This document shows positions 11,001 through 23,000 of a stretch of DNA of 64,000 nucleotides, one piece after another. Each line of letters opens with the position of its first letter. Within the stretch, counting starts at the first letter, position 1. This DNA is from Orbicella franksi (taxonomy: Eukaryota): NCBI GenBank assembly GCA_964199315.1, contig OZ116699.1:29946001-30010000 (forward strand), read 5' to 3'. The notes below the pieces were generated by a model that was given only the letters and a program-made list of their open reading frames with translations, did no database searches and was not told the origin of the DNA. A program made the position numbers and the translations under genes.

Positions 11001-14000
11001 ATAATTCTTGTGGAGTTGATAAAATGCCTGCTCGCCTACTTAAAGAGACTGCTGTCACATCTGCAATTCCCCTGAGTGCACTGTTCAATTTATCATTCAA
11101 TCAGGGACGCCTACCTAAATTATGGAAATCAGCAAATATCACACCTATACATAAGGATGGTGATTGAGAGCCAGTAGAAAATTATAGAGGCATCTCACTC
11201 TTGACTATAATTGGAAAATGCCAGGAGAGAATAGTGTACCATGCTATTTATAATCAAGTTATCAGTTTTATACACGACTCTCATCATGGGTTCCTCACTG
11301 GTCGCTCTTGCACTACCCAACTACTCTTGGTACATCATGACTGGTTCAAGGCCTTGGATAGGAGTGGCCAGGTCGATGTAGTATTTATTGACTTTTCAAA
11401 GGCTTTTGATCTTGTCTGTCATGACATTCTCTTGACCAAACTTTATAAATATGGTGTTCGCGGAGTATTGCTTGATTGGTGCAGAGATTATCATGTTAAC
11501 AGATCGTCAACAGCGTGTAGTAGTGAAAGGAGAGGCTTCTGATTGGCTACCTGTAACCTCTGGTGTCCCACAAGGTTCTTTGTTGGGACCTTTATTTTTC
11601 ATAGTGTATATCAATGATTTACCTGGGGTAATTAGTAAGGGCAGTTCAATCGCTTTTTATGCTGATGACAGTAAAATGTACAGGGTTATTAATACTCAAG
11701 AAGATCTGTCTAATTTTCAGAGTGACATAGATAAAATATCAGAATGGTGTAAGAGGAATAAGATGATAATGAACACTAAGAAATGTAAGATCATGCACAT
11801 AACCAGGAAAAAATCACCTTTAGTTGGGGAATATTTTATTGAAGGTCGACCCTTAGAAAGTGTCAATGTGCACAAAGATTTTGGACTGTTTACTGCCAGT
11901 GATCTCTCATGGAATCAACATACAGATAAAATTACTGCTAGGGCTAATAGAGTGTTGGTGTTATTTGTCCTCCGTATTTGCGAATACACAACAACTGGCG
12001 ACGAGGATGGGATCCAGCTAAACAAGCACAAGCGGTAAACGGAAGTGGGCTCGTGAAATTCACGTGAGAAGTTTAACGACACGACAGAAAATGCCGGACG
12101 AAGCACCGAACACGAGTCAAACCATTGGCAAAGTGACGAAGTATGTTGTGGGGACGGATTGGGAGTCCTACACCGAACAGCTGGATTTTTGCTTCCTCGC
12201 AAATGGCGTTGGGGATGCCAAGACGAAGAAGGCTGTTCGTTTGACGAACCTTCCTGTGGAAACTTATCAATTGGCGAAGGACTTGGTGGCTCCCGCGCAG
12301 CTGAAGGATGAAGCCATTACGTACGATGTCATCGTGGAACGAATGAAGAAGCAACTTAAACCCGAAAGGTCAGCACTGGTCGCGAGGTATGAATTCGATA
12401 ACCGAGCCAGGAATTCCGGTGAGTCAGTTAGTCATTATGTAGCCACTTTGAAGCACTTGGCCACGGAATGCAAGTTTGGAGAAGCTGTGCGAACTGAGCG
12501 TCTCCGTGACCGGTTAGTCTCGGGTATTCGCGACCCGAAGATGATTACTGACTTGTTGAAAGTAAAACTCGCGGACCTTACTTTTGAACTTGCGGTTCAA
12601 AAGTGCCTAGCTATAGAGCAAGCTAATAAAGATGTTCAAGTGCTTCAGGGAGAACAAGGGCCAGACATTCCAGTCAATAAACTTGACACTGCCCAACCTA
12701 GGGAGGGACAGGCTCCACCCAAGTTGCCACAAAAGACACAGGGTTCCCGGGGTAAGGACACCAAGCCACCTAAACCTTGCTACCGTTGTACAGGGTCACA
12801 CAAATCGCAAAAGTGCCCCTTCATTAAGGAACGCTGCTTTCACTGTGGCATAATTGGACACACACAGCGAGCATGTAAGAAGAAACAAGCCACTCAACAA
12901 GTTACTGTCGCTGGAGTAAATGTTATGGAGGGTGCTGATTCAGAAGAAAGCGATGGGGAATATGGGGAACTTTACCATGTTTCTGACAGTAAGAATAGAA
13001 AGCCCATTTCTCTTGAAGTCTACCTCGAAGGTCGACCTGTGATCATGGAGCTGGATACAGGTTCTGCTGTGTCAGTTGTGAGTGAGGGGGTGTATAAGGA
13101 GTACCTGCGTCATGTTCCGTTAAAGGACACCCCTTTGAAGTTGCGTACGTACACGGGCGAGTCAGTAAAACCTATGAGGTTTTGCTATGTGACTGTGCAG
13201 TACAAAGGGCAATCTAAAGAGCTTCCAATTTACGTGATGAAGAACGAGGGACCCACCCTGTTTGGCAGAGAATGGCTGGAGTCCATTCAATTAGATTGGC
13301 CTTTACTTCAGTTAGAAACATCAGACACCAATCCAGCCCTGGAAGAAGTTTTGAACAAACATACAAGTGTTTTCTCGGACGGTCTAGGCAGGATGAAGAA
13401 AATTCAGGCGCGGGTCCAGCTAAAAGAGAGTGCTCGACCGCGATTCTGGAAAGCCCGCCCGGTAGCGTTAGCTCGTAAGCCAGCAGTGGAGGAGGCGTTG
13501 AGAGAGCTAGAGGCTGAAGGGGTTATTAAAAAGGTGACCACTAGTGAGTGGGCTGCTCCAATTGTGACCCCTGTGAAGAAGGATGGTAGTGTTAGGGTGT
13601 GCGGTGACTTCAAGGTGACAATCAATCCACAGTTGGATGTGGACGAATACCCTCTTCCACGCATCGATGATATTTATGCCAACCTTGGTGGGGGTACATT
13701 GTTCAGCGTTATTGACCTGCGTCATGCCTACCTGCAAATGGAGGTTGAGGAGCAATCCAGGCCATTCCTTACCATCAACACAACCCGCGGTTTGTACCAG
13801 TACCAACGTTTACCTTATGGCGTGGCTTCAGCACCAGCCATTTGGCAGCGGGCCATGGACCAGGTCTTAGAGGGTTTACCAGGGGTCTTCTGCTACCTGG
13901 ACGATATCATTGTGACCGGCAGTACTATGGAGGAACACCTTGAGCGGCTGGTTGCGGTGTTGAAGAGGCTGGAAGAGTATGGCTTGAAGGCAAACCGAGA

Positions 14001-17000
14001 AAAGTGCAAATTACTCAGAAGCTTTGTGGAGTATCTGGGACATGTCATCTCTGCTGAAGGACTGCACCAGTCTCCCAAGAAAGTCAAGGCCATCACCGAG
14101 ATGCCAACACCGCAGGATGTCACACAACTGCGCGCTTTCCTAGGCATGGTCCAGTATTATGCCAGGTTCTTACCAGACTTGGCTACCCATCTGGCTCCGC
14201 TGCATCGGCTGTTACAGAAAGAGGTGAAGTGGTCTTGGGGAGCTGAGGAAGAAGCTAGCTTCAGAGTGGTGAAAGAGATGCTTCTACAAGATAAGGTTCT
14301 CGTGCACTATGACCCTGACTTGCCACTAGTTCTGGCCACAGATAGCTCCTCTTATGGTCTTGGCGCTGTATTGTCACACCGTACTCCAGAGGGTGAGGAG
14401 CGGCCCATTGCCTATGCATCCCGTTCTCTGTCAGAAACAGAGAAGAAGTACTCGCAAATCGAGAAAGAGGCCTTATCCCTAGTCTGGGGTGTGAAGAAGT
14501 TCCAAACCTACTTAGAGGGTCGTCATTTTACCCTGGTTACAGACCATCAGCCCTTGAAGTACATAATGGATCCTGGGAAGGCCGTGCCAGTTACCGCAGC
14601 AGCAAGGATACAGCGTTGGTGTCTCTTCGTAGGCGCTTTTGCATACAGCATTGAGTTCCGAGGGACCAAACAGCATGCTAATTGTGATGGTCTATCCCGC
14701 CTTCCGCAACCACGGGCACCTGTTGACAAGCCAGATGAAGTGGAAATGTTCCATACGACTGTGGTCGAGGCCTTACCAGTCACCGAACAAGAGCTGAGAA
14801 TGCAGACTCGGAGAGACCCAGTACTTTCCCGTGTCCTAGAGCTCGTGCAGTGGGGATGGCAAGAAGCAGAAGTCCACCCAGAGCTAATCCCTTATGCTCA
14901 TCGTGCGAGTAAAATCACGATCCATCATGGGGTTCTGATGTGGGGTAGTAGAGTAGTCGTCCCAACCAAACTGAGAGAGAGAGTTTTGGAAACCCTACAT
15001 GAGGGTCACATCGGTATGGTCAAGATGAAAGGTCTGTCCCGGGGTTACGTTTGGTGGCCAAACATTGACAAGGACATCGAAGGAGCAGTCCGAAATTGCG
15101 AAGGATGTCAGGAGACAGCAAATAATCCAGCTCGTGCACCCCTGCATCGGTGGGAGTACCCTGCCCTTCCCTGGCAAAGACTGCATGTTGATTTTGCTGG
15201 GCCATTTCAGGGGAAGATGCTGATGGTGGCGATCCATGCACACAGCAAGTGGCCTAAGATTTTCGTGCTGGAGAACACCACTGCTGAGGAGGCCGTGAGT
15301 GTACTGCGTTCCCTGTTTGCCCGCATGGGACTTCCCGATCAGATTGTGTCTGACAACGGGCCCCAGTTCACATCAGAAACTTTCATGCAACCACTGATCT
15401 TAGCCCTGCACAACTCCTGTTAGGCCGAAATGTCAAGACAAGGTTGGACCTAATTAAGCCCGACATTCAAAGAGAGGTCAACAAAAAGTTGCTCCAGCCA
15501 AACAAAAGCACCTTGAAGAGTTTTGACCACAGCCAGAATGTTTGGGTCCGCAACTACCGTAGAGGTCCAAAATGGGTGCGGGGCACAGTCATTGGGCAAA
15601 CGGGTCCAGTCTTGTACACAGTCAAGGTAAATGACCAAACCTGGAAGCGCCATGTCGAGCAACTACGAGATCGCAACATCTGTCCATCTGCAACGGAAGT
15701 GGTGAATGATGGTGCTGTTCCTGAGGAGGTGGAGCATGGAGTGCCTGCTGTTGTGGGGTCCGAGTGGAAGGATGTGCCGCCCCTGGCTGTGACGCCCACT
15801 AGAGAGGGTCACCCCCCTGAGCCTGAAAGTCAGCGACCGATTCCAGAACCTGAGTTGATTGCTAACAGCACCGGTCGAGTTGTCAAAGCACCCACCAGAT
15901 TGAAAGACTATGTTTGTGACTAAGGAGAACTGTACTGTTGGGACTGTTTTTACAGTACCGACATTTTACCTGAGAGACTTTGTTATTTGTTCTTGAACTT
16001 TGTTTTATTTTTGTTTTGTTTTGTTTGTTAACATTGTTTAGTCTTAAAAGGGGAGGAAACTGTTAGGTTTTCCCGGTTGGGCTCCCTGTTTGTCACGTGA
16101 TCTGTTTTCCATATTTGGCCTCCCACGAGGTCCTCGCGTTCAGTTGAATAAAGAGTGTTCCGCCATCTTGGTTTAGTCTTTTATTTGTCCTCCCTATTTG
16201 CGAATACACAACAGTTGGGATTGGTTAAAAGAACTTGTGGAGATCTCAAGGACATTGATACTAAGAAAACACTATACTGTGGTCTTGTGAGACCTTTATT
16301 GGAATATTCATGCGAAACTTGGAACCCTCATACAAAACGTAACATTGATAAATTAGAGTCTGTTCAGCGAAGAGCCACCAGATGGATTACTAAGTCTGAT
16401 GATGATTACGGTCTTAGATTATCGAAGTTAAAATTGTTGTCTTTATTTAATAGGAGGTTTATTAGAGATACTACATTTTTGTTTAATGTAATTAATGAGC
16501 ATTATGATATAGATATCTCAGACAAGCTCATGTTTTGTAAGGACAGAAGCACAGGCCACAACTTAAGGGAAAATGACACACAGGATCTTATCCCAAATCT
16601 AAGTAGGACTAATGGTTTTAAATATAGTTTTTTTTTAACCGGATTGTTAATGAATGGAATAGTTTACCTAATCACATTAGAGAAGCAAATTGTATTGGAA
16701 CTTTTAAAAGGACTGTTTTAAGTTATCTTATGGATAATTAGAATATTTGTATATTTGTATTTGTATTTGTATTTGTATTTGTATATTTGTATATATATTT
16801 TAAATTTTGATAAGTGGGGACATCCCTAGTATGGTGCCATTGCGCTTTTGGTTGTCTCCTTCTCCACTGCTTTTTGTTTGTTTGTTTGTTTTTAGTTAGT
16901 TATCTTAATTTTTCATAATGTATTCGTATTGTATGGAGTAAATTGCAATAAATAAATAAACAAAAAGCCATATAATAAACAACTTGTTAACCTCGATCGA

Positions 17001-20000
17001 TTGTTCGGTAAAGATCTCAAACCTTGGCCTTGCCGTATTAACCTCGCCATTGTTTGGACAATAAGGCAAGGCGGTCTCACTCACGGCACGGTTAACAAGT
17101 AGTTATTAATATCGCCGTAATTTGCCCGTTCCTCGTTTGTTATTCTCTTTACTGTAAGGCAAAATTAAATTTGGATTGGCGTATTAAACTTAGTTTAATT
17201 AAGATTAATTAATCAGGCTATTTTACTATTGCTGGAGCTGGAGTTTAATGTTTAGGCGCATAAAAAACGAAAAAGACTGTCCAAGGTATATTACGAACCT
17301 ATTACCTAGAGATGCAGATAACAGGAGTGTCACCAGAGCTGACCGCTATGGAATGTGTAATTTGGTGTGTCCACGTTATAATAGGGAAACTGAAGGGAGG
17401 GGGAGTACTTTTCAAGTTCGTGGGTTTAAGCTTTGGAATGCGATTCACTCGATAAGAAAGACACCGTTGACACCTTTAAAACTGCTCTTAAAAAATACTT
17501 TTTAGCCTAGTTTCTACGCTACGTGTATAAATGTCTTTTCATCAGAGAATTCTGATGTATATACTTTCTCTCATTTCCTAGTATTTTACATTTTTAATTT
17601 ACTGTATTTGTCTTAGTATTATTATTACAGTAGAATCTCTATTAAGCGGCCCCCAATTAAGGGGCCAACTTTTATTTGGCGGCCAGCGGCCAAAGTCCCA
17701 GACAAATTGTCAGCTATACACTGTAATAAAAACATCTATTCAACGGCCACCTCTATTAAGCGGCCGCGGCCAGCTCTTGCCGTCCCAAGCGTGATTTTGT
17801 TTTCTTTTATACCTCTATTAAACGGCCAGGAAGATTTGAAGTTGGACGTTTTTAGCCAAATAAATCTAAAAGAATGACTGTGGAAAAGTAATTGTTTCTT
17901 TGGCTTTTGTTGACGTTATGGACCATATTATAACCATCATTGTTCTACTTTTTCTCCACTTGCATTTGTTTGTACATATATATTTGATAAAGTGAAAACT
18001 GGACCACGCCCAAAGTTGTTTTCGGGTGAACCTCTATTAAACGGCCACCTCTATTAAGCGGCCAGTTGTCTCGTCCCCGAGAGTGGCCGCTTAACAGAGG
18101 TTTGACTGTATTTGTAATTTAGATTGAGGGCCACTGGTTTATCAGTTTTTACTGTTGTGTGCTACCCTCAAAAAATAAAATTGTTACTTTACAGTAATAC
18201 CTACAACAAGACCAACGGGAAGACCTACCACTAGATTAACAGGTAACCATTCCTTATCTTTAATTTTCTTCTTTTATATGAAAGCAACAGGCTAGAATAG
18301 ATACAATGGAAACGAAAAAACCTGTTAAGGTAACGGACAACAGTTCTTCCAATAACCATGTGTTACTGTGGATAATAAGTACTGCTGCTCCTCGTGGTTC
18401 CGGGAGACGTTGAATGAATGACAAACCCGATACGTGTTATCGAACGTCAACTAACAAGTTGTCTCTTAAAAACACTAACATCAACACAAAAAGGAAAAGT
18501 AGGCAGTGGAAATTAATATACATTCTCAGAGTCAGGTACGATCTCTTTGAGTTGTCTTCTCATGGAATAAACTGATTTGGTTGCCTCATATTTCGTTTGA
18601 TTATATGATTAACACAATCCTTGTGACAGTAGATTTTTAGTGCGGAAACATCATGTTCTCTTTGTCTTTGTAAGGTTCACCTGCCCGAAAGATTTCAACT
18701 ACAACTGCAGGAAAGTCCACCACTCCATCTGGCACAGGACGAGTTACCACACCAGGAGTTATTACGAATATAGGTTGGTTACTTCAAAAATCAAACTTTG
18801 CATAAGTTGGATAAAAGCAATAGCATTAGGTTTAAGTTATGTGAATTTCGTCGTTTGACCAGCTCAAAGTCTTTACACCCTTTATTCATTTCTATGCAGA
18901 TCCTCTCACGTGTTTGTTTCTTTAAAATTTCTTATTTCCATGGAAAATTCAACGGCATACATATATCTTATGAATATACTTTAAAGATATTTTGACATCT
19001 TTATTGTATTTTACGAGTTCTTTATCTTTAACCATATATCGATCAGTGGTACATGTATGACTACATTAGAGTGTTGGTTGCTCTTGGGAATACAAGGCAA
19101 GAAAGTTTCCTGAAACAAAATCGGAAGAGGACTCTAACACCTTCTCTGAGGAGTGGGAAGATTAAATTCTATTTATATGCAGGCCATAGAAAGCCCATAC
19201 AGTATTTGAAGCCATGGTATTGTAAAATTGAGTATAATAAAAGTTAATTAGAAGTCAGTTAAAAGTTAAATCCTGTTTTCGTTTCAGACGGATTCAGAAT
19301 AGAAGTTGTGGAGTACATCAACCGATTCCGACGACTCCACGGCGCAGGCCCGCTTATCCTCTCGACTCGCATTTCCATAGCCGCTCAGAACTGGGCGCAA
19401 ACGTTGCTCAGTCGTGGCACCACGTCGATAGATCCGAACACGAGTTACGGCACGAATGTCTTCTCAAAGGTTGGTGCTCGAACGGGATTGGCTCAAACGT
19501 CTGTGGTCACATGGTACACTTCAGTGAAGCATTATGACTGGGCGAGACGACAGTTAAAAGTTCTCGCGTTGCCTTTCATTCACCTTATATGGCTCTCAAG
19601 TAACTTTGTAGGCGTTGGATTGACCAGGTCGCGAACTGCAAAGTTTTTTGTTGTGGTGTACTTTGACCCAATGCCGGGAAATAAACCACCATCTTTACTG
19701 AAAGACAACGTTCTACCATACACAGGTACATTCACAAAATAAGTCAAAGTAACTCTAGTAAAACGGACCTGAATGTCTCAAAGATGACTTTTTTTATCAT
19801 AGCTCTTGACATGTCTTGCGTATTATTCTTATCCTCTTACTTTTTTTTTATGTTCTGCTTAAGTTAAAGCGTTTTCAAGATTTACATTCCTTTAATTGAC
19901 TAGTCACTATGTAATCCTGTTAGTTAATTATATTCTTCAATTCCCTTTTATTAATTAGTCAACAAGACGTAATCGAGGACATTTTATAATGAGATTTGCT

Positions 20001-23000
20001 TTCTCTGATCTAACTACCTTACGTTTTGAATTTTTTTAGATGTGTTCATCCTGCTGCAGAATGGTGAGTCATTTTTTTATATTTCTTATGTTTTATATTT
20101 TCGTAATGCATCCGTAGAGTTGCTGAATGGCACCCGGCTTATTAATCGTTATTCTCCAACATGACATTTGGCAAAATTGTAATTATCTAGTCGCATTCGT
20201 CTTCTGTTCTATTCACAACATTTGTTTGATTATTTACAGTATCCTCATTTAGCACAGCACTGATGATAAATATTCTGACCCAGTGAATTATTTATTTTAT
20301 TTCATTTTCTCTGTAAATTAAATTAAATCAAATTAGCCTGGCTCTAGAGAGCGGTCTTCATATGAGTGTCCAATAGCGATTGGTTTTGCATCAACTACGC
20401 TACACGATTGGCTTAAAAAAAACTCGCGCCACTATGTCATCCAATCAAAAGTAAAACCAAAACCCATTGTGACTCGCTCGCACTCTTTTCCCCGCGTTTC
20501 ACGTCAGCTATATGAAATTACTTCGAGTTTTGATTGGTTAACTGTATTCTTGTCTGTGTCCTTTGAAATTGGTTTTGGTTTGACGACACTCAATTGTAAA
20601 CCGCTCTATATATACAAGACTGAGACGTTGTTTAACACTGTGCTGTTTATTTAATAGCCATAGTGTCTTGCAACCCTGGCTATACGAATGAAGACGGCAC
20701 TTGTTACAAGTATCACTCAGACACGCAGAATTGGGACGGAGCATTGTTCCAGAGCGCAAAGGAAAACGCTACCTTGATATCGTTTCACAAGACATCAGAG
20801 GAAACTTTCGTACAGAAACTGGTCCCTACAGGAAAAACAGGTTTAATTTGGACAGGCCTGAACGATCTGATTACTGAGGGAACTTATACTTGGTCTGACG
20901 GCACCAGCGTCGAATACACCAGCTGGAAAGTAAACGAACCAACTGGATCAAAAGAGGATTGTGTTTGCATTGAAATGTCCAGTTACGGCACCATGTCCGA
21001 TGCTCCATGTACTGAGCCTCATAATTACATTTCAAGGCAACCACTTGAAGGTGAGGGCTTCACTTTAAGATTATTGATAGTTTTTGACATTTTTTATAAT
21101 AGGAAAAAAGATATTTTCTTGTAGTGACCACTGTTCGTACGAAGTGGAATGCTATTTGATCGGACTGGGAAACGTGATCGTTTCCTTTTTTTCCCTTTTT
21201 AATTTTAAACTGCATACTCAAAAGAAAAAGATCTCAATGTTTACTAGTCGTTAAACATACCATGGGATGAAATCGCTTATGAATATAGTTTACAACCTGA
21301 TGATCCATCCTCGCCATTCCTAATATTAATACTTGCGAATAAACACGAAAACGATGACCAAGACAGATTTACAGCTAAGACAAGTATGAACTAAAGCAAT
21401 AATTTTCATTCACGAAAACGTTGTCTTCTTTTGAAAAAAAACATTTCAGGTCTCATAACATATCGAGTGAAACTTCAGCTGGTTTTCTTACTGTGGACAG
21501 ATGACTATAGCCAAACGACCACACTATCGTATATGGAGCTGAAACAAAAGATAGAAATACTGGTAGGCATATAGTGCCGTAAATGGATAATTGATTCCCT
21601 TTATATAACCGCAGCGTTACAAATTCCCTCAACATAATGTATTGAGTGTGCACCCCAAGACATTGTGGACCTTTTAGGGATAATGTAAACAAAAGACCAG
21701 CCAACTTCAGAAGTGGTATTCTTGAGCCCCGGGACCACCTCTTGACCACCTGGTCACTCCTCCTCCTGGTGCAGTTAATAAAATTTATCCCTAAGCCTGA
21801 GTACCTTACTAGCTAGGCTGACGCAATCATTATCTAACTCTGGTTCTCGTTACACGTAACCATAACTTTGTTGCATTTCTTTCGTTGCAATTGTATCTTA
21901 CAGGAAAAAAACAAAAAAACAAAAAAAACAATAGAAGAACAATAGCCAGGGCTTGATTGCTTGACCCATCGGCTTTATCATGATCATCATGCATCATACA
22001 ACATGAAGGGCTTCAAAGAACGTTCAAACTTTCTAGATGGACAATGTCGATATAATAGATATTTCCTATTTTTATGTTTATTATTTATCTTTTTTACAAT
22101 CTTCTTTTCAGCTGTTGGAAATTTTTAAAATCGACACTACTTTTGTATCGGGATACGTCGAAGAGTTCACGTAAGTAACAGTTCAAGCCGCAATATTACT
22201 GAATTGAATAATTTTCAAAGCGAATCTGTTCAATAATGGTGATGTTTATAAATAATATATTATTTCTTATTGGAAATTTAAAAAATAGTAAAAGTACGAA
22301 GCCATCCCCTCAAACGACAACCAAACCAACAAAGCCCGGAATAACGACACCTGGTTCCCAGACCACCACATCGTCTGTCTCCGTTGCAACTGGCAGACCA
22401 ACTGGCAAACCAACGACCAGACCAACACTGTTTTCACCAGGAACCACGCAGGCCACAACTCCGGCTTCAAAGCCAACTTCGAGTGGGACCTCTAAGTAGG
22501 TTGCTATTTAGTTTTTGTCAGCCAATTAAACGATTATTATGCTACAAATCGAAGGCTGCTCGAGTATGTACGATTTTGAATTGTCATTAGGTGTGCAAAC
22601 AACAGAACGACAAACCGACTGACCAACGAATAGACAGACGCGCAGGCTGAACGACAAACAGATGATACAGACAGCCTTCTTCATCAACTGCTTTATCTCT
22701 CGGTAATTTGTATTTGTCATGGTGAAATAATGGTGCCTTATAACTTGCCTTATAACTTGCCTTATGACACTCTCAGCGTGGTCGTCTAGCCAAATGGCAT
22801 TTCGGCAACTGAATGAGCAGGATCATATAATGATCAGTGATACGACTCAATTTGTCATCGAAATGTGAGATGCAAAACTAGCATAAATTGGAGACGTTTA
22901 CAATCCATATTCTCTCCCTACTTCACTACAAACTGTCTCAGTGGAAGTCATTGTTTCTTTAAAGCCCGCTACTGGTTAAGTATCTTTTTTGCTCGAATTC

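Larger units (their letters stand above)
11959..16213 (+). mobile_element. Ty3/Gypsy (Mag-like) LTR retrotransposon nested in the LINE
   Basis: TG...CA termini, 5-bp TSD GTTGG (11954-11958, 16214-16218), PBS, PPT and a single gag-pol ORF. Confidence 0.95.
9263..16960 (+). mobile_element. CR1/L2-clade non-LTR retrotransposon (APE+RT), decayed and interrupted by a Gypsy element
   Basis: Absent from copy B (gcaaagcaaaaagccatata near 31900). Flanked by CAAAAA at 9257-9262 and 16961-16966. Ends in an (AATA)n tail; (TATTTG)n in the 3' UTR. Confidence 0.92.

Noticed and set aside
11959-12038. C-terminus of ORF 11451-12038
   Set aside because: It reads into the LTR/PBS; the true LINE frame resumes at 16219.
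16155-16721. 188-aa ORF as an independent gene
   Set aside because: Chimeric: the first ~20 codons are Gypsy 3' LTR and the rest is the LINE ORF2 C-terminus.
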